Virus record (IMG/VR): IMGVR_UViG_3300023172_003230
Span: 1 to 33,861 of that record
Reading direction: 5' to 3' (one strand)
DNA from: a virus
Lineage: Duplodnaviria; Caudoviricetes
DNA length: 33,861 nt
Below the pieces are notes generated by a model, which ran no database searches, had not been told where the DNA came from, and saw only the letters and a program-made list of their open reading frames with translations. Shown here one piece after another: positions 25,864 to 33,861 of this stretch. The translations under genes were made by a program, and so were the position numbers. Within the stretch, counting starts at the first letter, position 1, and each line of letters begins with the position of its first letter.

Positions 25864-26768
25864 TGGAAAATAAAATATTAGTAACAGGTGGTAAAGGTTT
25901 GGTTGGTTCTGCACTCGAAGCAGATGTAAAAATCGGAAGAGAATATGATTTAACCAATACCAATGAAACCAGAAAAATGTTTGAGTATCATCAACCAACT
26001 CATGTAATTCATTGTGCTGGTAAAGTTGGTGGTGTTGGTGGTAATATGAATCATAAGGGAGAGTATTTTTATGATAACATTATGATGAATACCAATGTAA
26101 TTGAAGAAGCACGAAAAAGTGGTGTTAAGAAGTTAGTATCTTTTTTATCAACTTGTGTATTTCCTGATGATGTGGAATACCCACTTACTGAATCAAAAAT
26201 TCATAAAGGAGAACCTCACTTTTCAAACAATGCTTATGCTTACGCAAAGAGAATGGCAGATGTTCAAATAAATGCATATAGAGAACAATATGGAGTAAAC
26301 TACACTTCAGTAATACCAACGAACATTTATGGTCCTAACGATAACTTCTCATTAGTTCACGGTCATGTAATGCCAATGTTGATTCATAAGATGTATAACT
26401 CAATGAAGACTGGTGAAGATTTTGTAGTATGGGGAACTGGTAAACCACTAAGAGAATTTATCTACTCCAAAGATATTGCAAAACTAACAAAATGGGTATT
26501 GGAAGAATATGAAGAAACCGAACCTATTATCTTATCTACATCACATGAAATTAGTATTAGAGATTTGGTAGATTTGTTAGTACAAGAATTTAACTTCAAA
26601 GGTAAAGTTATCTTTGATGACACAAAACCAGATGGTCAATTTAGAAAACCATCAGATAACTCAAAAATTAAAAAGTATTTACCTGATTTTGAATTTACAC
26701 CAATCGAAGTTGGTATTAAAGAAACGGTAAATTGGTTTATAAACAATTACGAAAATGCAAGAAAGTAA
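25863..26768 (+). CDS. fcl: GDP-L-fucose synthase
   Basis: GGKGLVGS, AGKVGGV, LSTCVFP, YAYAK, PTNIYGPNDNF, WGTGKPLREF, KPDG. Confidence 0.93.
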   Translation: MENKILVTGGKGLVGSALEADVKIGREYDLTNTNETRKMFEYHQPTHVIHCAGKVGGVGGNMNHKGEYFYDNIMMNTNVIEEARKSGVKKLVSFLSTCVFPDDVEYPLTESKIHKGEPHFSNNAYAYAKRMADVQINAYREQYGVNYTSVIPTNIYGPNDNFSLVHGHVMPMLIHKMYNSMKTGEDFVVWGTGKPLREFIYSKDIAKLTKWVLEEYEETEPIILSTSHEISIRDLVDLLVQEFNFKGKVIFDDTKPDGQFRKPSDNSKIKKYLPDFEFTPIEVGIKETVNWFINNYENARK

Positions 26769-27735
26769 AAGAGCAATAATCACAGGTATAAACGGACAAG
26801 ATGGTTCGTATTTAGCAGAAACTTTATTAGATAAAGGTTATGAAGTTTGGGGAACCGTAAAGAGAAATTCCGTTGCAGAGAATCAAACATCAAGATTGGA
26901 TACAACTTACGATAGAATCAAACACAATCTTCAGTATGTAGATATGACTGATTTAGCATCTTTGATTAGAATTGTTAAAGAAGCACAACCAGATGAGATT
27001 TACAACTTAGCAGCACAATCTCATGTTAGAATTTCATTTGACCAACCAATTTACACAGTTAATACAACTGGTGTGGGTTCATTGAATTTGTTAGAAGCAG
27101 TTAGAATGGTAAAACCAGATACTAAAGTTTATCAAGCATCTTCATCTGAAATGTTTGGTAACCAATTAGATGATGATGGTTTCCAAAGAGAAACAACTCC
27201 AATGCATCCTGTATCACCTTATGGTTGTGCAAAGGTATTCGCATATAATATCAGTAGAAACTATCGAAACTCTTATGATATGTTTGTTTCTAATGGTATC
27301 CTATTCAATCACGAATCACCTCGTAGGGGTTCAAACTTTGTAAGTAATAAGATTGTAAAAACTGCAGTTGAAATTCAAAAAGGTTTGAGAGATGAATTAA
27401 GGTTAGGTAACTTAAAGGCAACGAGAGATTGGGGTCATGCAAAAGATTATGTAGAGGCAATGTGGATTATTCTACAACAAGAAAAAGCAGATGACTTTGT
27501 ATGTGCAACTGGTATTTCACATTCGGTTGGTGATATGGTAGAATATGTCTTTGGCAAGTTAGGAATGGATTGGACTAAATATGTAAAGAAAGACCCAAAG
27601 TATTTCAGACCAGAAGAATTGGAAGATTTGAAAGGTGATAGTACTAAGTTAAGAGAACTAACTGGTTGGGAACCAAAATATAGTTTTGAAACTCTTTTAG
27701 ATGAAATGATTGAATTTTGGAAAAATGAATTATAA
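26755..27735 (+). CDS. gmd: GDP-mannose 4,6-dehydratase
   Basis: GINGQDGSYL, NLAAQSHV, QASSSE, SPYGCAK, LFNHESP, RDWGHAKDY. Confidence 0.96.
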   Translation: MQESKRAIITGINGQDGSYLAETLLDKGYEVWGTVKRNSVAENQTSRLDTTYDRIKHNLQYVDMTDLASLIRIVKEAQPDEIYNLAAQSHVRISFDQPIYTVNTTGVGSLNLLEAVRMVKPDTKVYQASSSEMFGNQLDDDGFQRETTPMHPVSPYGCAKVFAYNISRNYRNSYDMFVSNGILFNHESPRRGSNFVSNKIVKTAVEIQKGLRDELRLGNLKATRDWGHAKDYVEAMWIILQQEKADDFVCATGISHSVGDMVEYVFGKLGMDWTKYVKKDPKYFRPEELEDLKGDSTKLRELTGWEPKYSFETLLDEMIEFWKNEL

Positions 27736-28439
27736 TGGAAAATTTATCTTTATTAACATATACACATTCTAAAGCAAGGGATTTACACAAACCATATTAT
27801 GAAAGAATTTTGAAGTTTTTTCCTGATATGAAAAACATATATTTCAATTGTAATGAAGAAGTTGGTTATGGTGAAACATTTATTTATGATGATAACGATA
27901 CTCATTCTAAACAAATGGTAGATGCATTAAAAAGAATACCAACCGATTATGTTATATATTCACAGGAAGATTATATTCTTTTTGATTATGTTAAAGTAGA
28001 TGAATTACAAAAATGTATTGATGTTTTAGAAAATGATAGTGAAGTTGCATTTATTAGACTAATTCATAGTGGTTTAGGAAATGGTTCGGTAAAATATAAT
28101 GATAATTTTTATCATGTAGACCCAAATTCAGAATACTACTTTTCAACACAAGCAACTGTTTGGAGAAAAGACCACTTAATAAAAATGTATGAATTATCAA
28201 ATGTAAAAATGATATTTGATGAACCAAATAACTCACCATTTCTTAGAGAAGTTTCTGCTAAAGGATTATATGAAATTAAAAAAGGTAAACGAGTTGGAGG
28301 TCATTTTAATTCATGGATTTATCCATATACAGCAACTGCTATTGTTAAGGGTAATTGGAATTTAAGAGAATATCAAACTGAGTTGGATATATTATTTCAA
28401 GAGTATGGAATAAATCCATTAGAACGAGGTATATTTTAG
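27735..28439 (+). CDS. Putative GT-A-like glycosyltransferase
   Basis: YVIYSQEDY acidic motif, QATVWRK, IVKGNW. Cluster context supports it. Confidence 0.55.
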   Translation: MENLSLLTYTHSKARDLHKPYYERILKFFPDMKNIYFNCNEEVGYGETFIYDDNDTHSKQMVDALKRIPTDYVIYSQEDYILFDYVKVDELQKCIDVLENDSEVAFIRLIHSGLGNGSVKYNDNFYHVDPNSEYYFSTQATVWRKDHLIKMYELSNVKMIFDEPNNSPFLREVSAKGLYEIKKGKRVGGHFNSWIYPYTATAIVKGNWNLREYQTELDILFQEYGINPLERGIF

Positions 28440-28442
28440 GAG

Positions 28443-29126
28443 ATGAAAGCATGTGTATTACTTTCAGGTAAAATAAGAAATGCTAAAGATTGTTTTGATT
28501 CTATAAAAAGTAATCTTATAGATATCTACAATGCCGATGTTTTTATATCCACATGGACTACTGATGAAAAAGATGATGTTACTATTGATGAATTGGCAAA
28601 AATGTATTCACCCAAATCAATAGATGTAGAAAAGTTTGATGATGAATTGGTAAATTTGTTTGATAAAAATGTAAAACCTTTTAAGAATAATACATACGGT
28701 ATTGAAACAAGACCTTTATTTGTATTCTTAATGTATTATAAAATGATGAGAGTAAATAGGTTAAAAGAATCTTATGAAACTCTTATAGGTAAAAAATATG
28801 ATATTGTAATAAGAACAAGATTTGACTTAAAAATAGATAGTAAAGTTGAATATATTATACCAAATGAGAATCAAATTTATATACCAAAAGGTTGGGATTG
28901 GAGAGACGGTTATAATGATTTATTTGCAATAGGAAATAGTTACAGTATGGGTTATTATTCTAATCTATATTTTAGTTTAGTAAATATGTTAAAATCGGGT
29001 CATGTATTACATCCCGAATTGTTACTTAAATCTCATTTAGACAGAGGTGGTTTTGAAATGATAAGACCAAAAATGGATTTATCACTTAGAGGAATAAAAG
29101 TACATGAAAAAAAAGTAGTATATTAG
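28443..29126 (+). CDS. Putative glycosyltransferase-like protein
   Basis: LSGKIR, DVFISTW, YDIVIRTRFDL, NDLFAIG and HPE motifs typical of uncharacterised glycan-locus proteins. Confidence 0.5.
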   Translation: MKACVLLSGKIRNAKDCFDSIKSNLIDIYNADVFISTWTTDEKDDVTIDELAKMYSPKSIDVEKFDDELVNLFDKNVKPFKNNTYGIETRPLFVFLMYYKMMRVNRLKESYETLIGKKYDIVIRTRFDLKIDSKVEYIIPNENQIYIPKGWDWRDGYNDLFAIGNSYSMGYYSNLYFSLVNMLKSGHVLHPELLLKSHLDRGGFEMIRPKMDLSLRGIKVHEKKVVY

Positions 29127-29127
29127 T

Positions 29128-30492
29128 ATGAAAGTTAAATTAGTAATTTTTGATTTAGATGGTGTTCTTGTTGAAGCAAAGAATATCCACTATGATGCAC
29201 TTAATGAGGCATTGGGTGAATATGCAATTAGTTGGGCAGAACACCTATCAACTTATGATGGTTTGAAAACAAATCAAAAATTAGAAATGTTAAGTGAAAG
29301 AAAAGGATTACCAACTGAACTACATACTGATATTTGGGAAAAGAAACAAAAACTAACTTTACAAAAACTGAAAGAGTTAACACCAAATCAAACTTTACAA
29401 TCAGTAATGAACGCATTAGTTGAAGATGGTTATAAAGTGGCAGTATGTTCTAATTCAATCAGAAAGACGGTATTGACTGTTCTTTCAAAGTTGGGTATTA
29501 TGGAGTTTATGGATTACATTATCTCAAACGAAGATGTACAAAATTCCAAACCACACCCAGAGATGTATTGGAGAGCAATTTCAAAGATGGGATGTTTACC
29601 CGAAGAAACTTTGATTGTAGAGGATTCACCTTATGGGTTACTTGCTGCATCTCGTTCTAAAGCACATATTCTTAGAGTTAAAAACCCAACCGAAGTAACT
29701 TACACAAATATATTTAAGAAATTAACAGAAATAGAAATGGGAGTAACAAACGATAAACCAAAGTGGGAAGATAAAAAACTAAATGTACTTATCCCTATGG
29801 CAGGAGCAGGAAGTAGATTCCAAAAAGCAGGATATACTTTCCCTAAACCATTGATTGATGTAGATGGAAAACCAATGATTCAGGTTGTGGTAGAAAATCT
29901 AAACATAGAAGCAAATTACATATATGTAGTTCAGAAAGAACATAGAGAACAATATAATTTAGATACTTTACTTAATCTAATCACACCTAATTGTAAAATT
30001 GTTGAAGTGGATGGTTTAACCGAAGGAGCAGCATGTACTGCATTACTCGCAAAAGAATATATTGATTCTGAAAATCCTCTATTCTTTGCAAACTCAGACC
30101 AATTTGTAGAATGGGATTCAAATGAGTTCTTCTACAAAATGAATGAGAATGATGCGGATGGTGGTATTCCAACATTCAAAGCAACTCATCCTAAGTGGTC
30201 ATTTGCTAAAATTGATGAAGATGGTTTTGTGACCGAAGTACAAGAAAAAAATCCAATTTCAGATTTAGCAACTGTTGGTTTCTACTATTGGAAACATGGT
30301 TCTGATTTTGTGAAATATGCAGAAGAAATGATTGAACAAAACATTAGAGTAAATAATGAGTTCTATGTTTGTCCTGTTTACAACAACGCAATCAAAGGTG
30401 GTTTGAAAGTAAGAACTTTTGATGTCCCAAGAATGTGGGGATTAGGAACACCTGAAGACTTAAAAAGATATTTAGAAAGTTATGGGAAATAG
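29128..30492 (+). CDS. HAD phosphatase/phosphomutase fused to sugar-phosphate nucleotidyltransferase
   Basis: N-terminal FDLDGVL, CSNS, KPHP, VEDS. C-terminal IPMAGAGSRF..PKPLI, NSDQ, EKNPIS, GLGTPEDL. Confidence 0.9.
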   Translation: MKVKLVIFDLDGVLVEAKNIHYDALNEALGEYAISWAEHLSTYDGLKTNQKLEMLSERKGLPTELHTDIWEKKQKLTLQKLKELTPNQTLQSVMNALVEDGYKVAVCSNSIRKTVLTVLSKLGIMEFMDYIISNEDVQNSKPHPEMYWRAISKMGCLPEETLIVEDSPYGLLAASRSKAHILRVKNPTEVTYTNIFKKLTEIEMGVTNDKPKWEDKKLNVLIPMAGAGSRFQKAGYTFPKPLIDVDGKPMIQVVVENLNIEANYIYVVQKEHREQYNLDTLLNLITPNCKIVEVDGLTEGAACTALLAKEYIDSENPLFFANSDQFVEWDSNEFFYKMNENDADGGIPTFKATHPKWSFAKIDEDGFVTEVQEKNPISDLATVGFYYWKHGSDFVKYAEEMIEQNIRVNNEFYVCPVYNNAIKGGLKVRTFDVPRMWGLGTPEDLKRYLESYGK

Positions 30493-31714
30493 AATAACAT
30501 TTGTAATACCTTGTAGAAGTAATCTACCATATCTACAACAAGCAGTAGGTTCAATCGAAGAACACTATGGTGATTCACATGATGTGGTAATCTTAGATGA
30601 TGCATCTGATGATAATAGTTGGGATTGGATTACTGAATACTCTGAAGGTAGAGACAACATAATTACTTATAGAAACGATAGTGGTGATAGAGTTGGACAT
30701 ACGGTATTATATGATGTTGGATTCAAATTAGCAAAAACACCAATCGTATCTATTCTACACTCGGATATGGTGGTAACTCCAAACTATGTTCAGAATATGT
30801 TGAAACAACTCAAACCTATGAGTGTAGTTTCAGCAACTCGAATTGAACCACCACTACATCCACCTGGTCCTGAAAAGTATGTACAAAACTTTGGATTAGA
30901 AGTAGATGAGTTTTCAGAACAAAAAGAAAACTTCCTAAACTTTGTATCACAAAAAGAAGAAGAAAATAAGGATAGAACTACCAAAGGTATCTTTGCACCT
31001 TGGATGATGTACAAAGAAGATTTCGTTTCTATTGGTGGACATGATTTCTTATTTGCACCAATGGAGTTGGAAGATTCTGATATCTTTAATAGATTTCACT
31101 TAAATGGATATGATTTGATTCAAAGTAGAGATGCGTTTGTATATCATATGACTTGCAGAGGTAGTAGATTCAAAGATGGAATTGAAATAGAAAAAGAGAT
31201 TCCACTACCTGATGGTACAATTTGGTACAAACCAAAAGATTCGGAAGAATACACTATCCTCAGACAACATAAGTTTAGAGAGTGGTGGAGAAAATGGCAT
31301 TGTGATGTATTACATGATGATTTAATGATGCCAATCGTTCCTAAAAGATATGATACTGGATTTGTAGTTAAGAATTGTAATACTCAAGTACTTTCAATCT
31401 TAGAACCTTGGTGTGATACTATCTATGTAGATTGTGAGTATAAAAACTATATAGATATTGAAAATGAAAAATCAGAGTATGATATATCGGAATCGGTTAA
31501 ACCGTATGATAATGAAAAAAACAATAATGTACTCATTTCATTTGATGCCACTAAGTTAACAAATCAACACTTTACGGAATTTATTAAAAAACTACCATTT
31601 ATAATTGAAGAAACTGGTGAGGTAGGTTCTTTCAACTATGATATTTTTCAGATTGATATCGTTGAATTAAATCCTATTGATATGATTAAACCACATTTCA
31701 AAAATATATTTTGA
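30482..31714 (+). CDS. Glycosyltransferase family 2
   Basis: FVIPC, LDDASDD, LHSDM, IGGHD..F...EDSD, VYH. Confidence 0.88.
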   Translation: MGNRITFVIPCRSNLPYLQQAVGSIEEHYGDSHDVVILDDASDDNSWDWITEYSEGRDNIITYRNDSGDRVGHTVLYDVGFKLAKTPIVSILHSDMVVTPNYVQNMLKQLKPMSVVSATRIEPPLHPPGPEKYVQNFGLEVDEFSEQKENFLNFVSQKEEENKDRTTKGIFAPWMMYKEDFVSIGGHDFLFAPMELEDSDIFNRFHLNGYDLIQSRDAFVYHMTCRGSRFKDGIEIEKEIPLPDGTIWYKPKDSEEYTILRQHKFREWWRKWHCDVLHDDLMMPIVPKRYDTGFVVKNCNTQVLSILEPWCDTIYVDCEYKNYIDIENEKSEYDISESVKPYDNEKNNNVLISFDATKLTNQHFTEFIKKLPFIIEETGEVGSFNYDIFQIDIVELNPIDMIKPHFKNIF

Positions 31715-32580
31715 TGACTAAGAAAACACTTGTATGTATTCATATTATGCCAAATGAGTTGGAAATGTTTCAACGATTTATGGAAAGGTATAGAATTGCA
31801 TTGTTTCACGCAAAAGATTATGATGTTACAATAAAAGCAACCTTAAATCTAAATCCAAAGTTGACCGATTGGAATAAAAGTGAATTAAAACAAGATTACT
31901 TTATGGAAAAATTCACAAACGAATTTGCCTATAAAGGAATGAAAAACATAAATCAAATTATATTAGATGATTCACTATGGGGAACAACTCAACAAAAACG
32001 AGAGTCAATAAAAATAGATTACTTTGACCAATTTATTTTTGTAGATAGTGATATCGCACTTCACGAACATCAACTATTATATCAGTTAAGAGCATCTGAA
32101 AAGTTAGATGGTAAATATATAATATCTCCATCAATACCAAAGTGGTGGGATAGAAGTTGGGATTATTTAGTTGGGGAAGGTCTAAAAGATACTCCTGCTT
32201 TAACACAAGAAACAGTTGATAAAGTATACACACAAACTCCAACTAAATTAGTTATGAGACAAATACCAACTATTAAATTTGGTTGTGGTATGCATACTTT
32301 ATATTCAAAAGAGTTTTGGCAATTTATAGGAATACCAGATTCTTTGGGAGGTTATGGTCCAGAAGATACAATTGGTATGATGAGAGCAATAGCAGCAATT
32401 CAAAAAGGTCATGATATAAAACAATTTGTATTAGATGGTGTATTTATAACGGAAGATGTTATTAATAGAGAACCTTCATTCAAAGATAAAATAGTTTCGA
32501 TAGGAAATAAAGACCAACAAGCAAAACGGGGAAAGGAGTTAATTAGACAAGAAGTGTCTAACTTCATACAAACTCTTTGA
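31711..32580 (+). CDS. Putative GT-A-like glycosyltransferase
   Basis: FVDSD (DxD) and GGYGPED (compare GWGxED). Confidence 0.6.
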   Translation: MMTKKTLVCIHIMPNELEMFQRFMERYRIALFHAKDYDVTIKATLNLNPKLTDWNKSELKQDYFMEKFTNEFAYKGMKNINQIILDDSLWGTTQQKRESIKIDYFDQFIFVDSDIALHEHQLLYQLRASEKLDGKYIISPSIPKWWDRSWDYLVGEGLKDTPALTQETVDKVYTQTPTKLVMRQIPTIKFGCGMHTLYSKEFWQFIGIPDSLGGYGPEDTIGMMRAIAAIQKGHDIKQFVLDGVFITEDVINREPSFKDKIVSIGNKDQQAKRGKELIRQEVSNFIQTL

Positions 32581-32595
32581 TTTACTCAAAACTTG

Positions 32596-32604
32596 ATATT
32601 TATA
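32596..32604 (+). promoter_or_regulatory. Candidate phage-specific (late?) promoter ATATTTATA
   Basis: Intergenic. A second copy, ATATTTAT, is at 32946-32953. Confidence 0.4.
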
Positions 32605-32658
32605 CCAAATAGGTTTCGTTAATAAGTTATTAGAATAATTTAATTAAAGAAATTTATT

Positions 32659-32889
32659 ATGGCATTTAAGGACATTTTTAAGGATTCAAACGATATCAAC
32701 GAAAAAAATGTAGTTGGGTTCGCAGCATTCGCAGTTATGGCACTATTCGCAGGAGCAGATGTAGTAACTGGTATTATGGGAAAGGATTTAGTTATCGATG
32801 ATACTATCTTCAATTCATTTGTTATTATCGTATTAGGTTCTTTCGGAATCGATGGAGCAACTAAAATATTTAGTAAAAATAAAGAGTAA
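32659..32889 (+). CDS. Small two-TM membrane protein (holin-like)
   Basis: 76 aa with two hydrophobic segments (VVGFAAFAVMALFAG; IFNSFVIIVLGSFGI) and a basic C-terminus. Confidence 0.6.
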   Translation: MAFKDIFKDSNDINEKNVVGFAAFAVMALFAGADVVTGIMGKDLVIDDTIFNSFVIIVLGSFGIDGATKIFSKNKE

Positions 32890-32897
32890 AAGATATA

Positions 32898-32923
32898 ACC
32901 CTCCATTTGGGGGGTATTCTTTT
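32898..32923 (+). terminator. Intrinsic terminator
   Basis: ACCCTCC-attt-GGGGGGT stem (one G-U pair) followed by ATTCTTTT, just after the 32889 stop. Confidence 0.65.
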
Positions 32924-32977
32924 ATACCTTAAACAAAAGACTATTATATTTATCTTTAGATAATTAAGGTAACTGAT

Positions 32978-33556
32978 ATGGAAAAATTAAAAAAATATAT
33001 CGTTGAAAATTATGATGGACAATTCACTTGGAACGAATTAGTAAGTGAAGGCATTCCTAAGTTGTTTTTGAAGATTGAGGCGGTTAAAAAAGAAATTGAA
33101 AGATTGGAGGCTGAAAGAAAGAAAGCAGTACAACCTTGGAAAACCGAAAAAGACCCAAAGAAAAAAGAACAAATCTTAGGAGTACTTAGAGACTTAACTA
33201 AGAAGATTAATGCAAAACAAAAAAATCTAACACAATTGTTAGACATGGAGGATAGGTATATTTCTCAGATGTCTGCAGATGCAGAGTTAGATACTAAAAT
33301 GTTTGAAGACATTGATATTGGTCATAAAGATAATGAACCTGGAATGTTAAGAGCAGATTTAAGTATTATCGAAAGATATGCTGAAGAATTGGGTGAAATG
33401 ATGAGAGATTTTGATGAAATGGAAGAAGATATTGATTTCCCTCATTGGTGGCAAGCAAAAATAATCAAAGCAAAAGATTACATCGTATCAGCAAAACATT
33501 ATCTAAGAGCAGAATTAGATAAGATGGACGGTAATATACAAAATAAAGATAAATAA
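32978..33556 (+). CDS. Hypothetical protein, coiled-coil; possible virion/internal head protein
   Basis: Charged helical segments and C-terminal FPHWWQAKIIKAKDYI motif. Confidence 0.55.
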   Translation: MEKLKKYIVENYDGQFTWNELVSEGIPKLFLKIEAVKKEIERLEAERKKAVQPWKTEKDPKKKEQILGVLRDLTKKINAKQKNLTQLLDMEDRYISQMSADAELDTKMFEDIDIGHKDNEPGMLRADLSIIERYAEELGEMMRDFDEMEEDIDFPHWWQAKIIKAKDYIVSAKHYLRAELDKMDGNIQNKDK

Positions 33557-33558
33557 TA

Positions 33559-33861
33559 ATGCAACCAGAATCAATCTACGCAGTAATCATCACACTTATC
33601 ACAGTATTGGGTTCAGCAGGAGCTTGGAGATACTATGAAAAGCGTGCGCAAGAAAAGAAAGAAGAAGATGATTACATCAAAGATGATTGTGCGAAGAGAA
33701 TAGATAGATTAGAAGAACTCTTAGAAAGAAGTTCAAGAGAAAAGGATGAACTTAGAGAGAAAATCTTAGAACTTACCAAAGATGTAGCCGAATTGACTAT
33801 CAAAGTGAAATATTTAGAAATGGAAAACAAAAGATTATTAGAACTTAATAATCAGATTCTA
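33559..33861 (+). CDS. Membrane-anchored coiled-coil protein, 3'-truncated; absent from the ORF track
   Basis: MQPESIYAVIITLITVLGSAGAWRYYEKRAQEKK... stays open to the window end. One N-terminal TM segment, then heptads. Confidence 0.75.
   Translation, partial: MQPESIYAVIITLITVLGSAGAWRYYEKRAQEKKEEDDYIKDDCAKRIDRLEELLERSSREKDELREKILELTKDVAELTIKVKYLEMENKRLLELNNQIL

Noticed and set aside
18321-32580. Bacterial capsule/O-antigen locus (i.e. the window is chromosomal)
   Set aside because: No transport, polymerase or priming genes. It is contiguous and co-oriented with a T4-like replisome and has the same composition.
360-33246. All minus-strand ORFs and short out-of-frame plus-strand ORFs in the supplied track
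   Set aside because: They lie within well-supported + strand genes, have no recognisable motifs and look like antisense or alternative-frame shadows.

Overview
AT-rich, gene-dense window with every credible gene on the + strand. It is best read as part of a large T4-like (probably jumbo) phage genome infecting a Bacteroidota host. The evidence is TTTG-N19/20-TAnnTTTG promoters, A-rich leaders without Shine-Dalgarno sites, a Flavobacteria-type class Id RNR and a Bacteroidota-type Hc1 protein. Layout: (1-9.2 kb) five beta-class DNA methyltransferases in two tandem groups around a histone-H1-like (Hc1) gene, a SET-domain gene, MazG, ATP-cone-NrdB/NrdA and thioredoxin; (9.3-18 kb) family B polymerase, sliding clamp and clamp loader, interleaved with a GT-B glycosyltransferase, a PLP enzyme, a HincII-like endonuclease and a Cas4-like nuclease; (18.3-32.6 kb) a ~14 kb soluble glycan-synthesis cluster (gmd, fcl, wecB, HAD-nucleotidyltransferase, ~10 GT-like genes); then small membrane and putative late genes. 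The strongest unexplained pattern is that all five MTases, the replication-linked glycosyltransferase and the polymerase end in the same short basic/acidic + di-aromatic tail (KFW, EFF, KFF). This suggests clamp-tethered, replication-coupled DNA modification. Also notable are an adjacent Hc1 + SET pair and apparent GATC avoidance. All family calls come from motif recognition by eye, without database searches.
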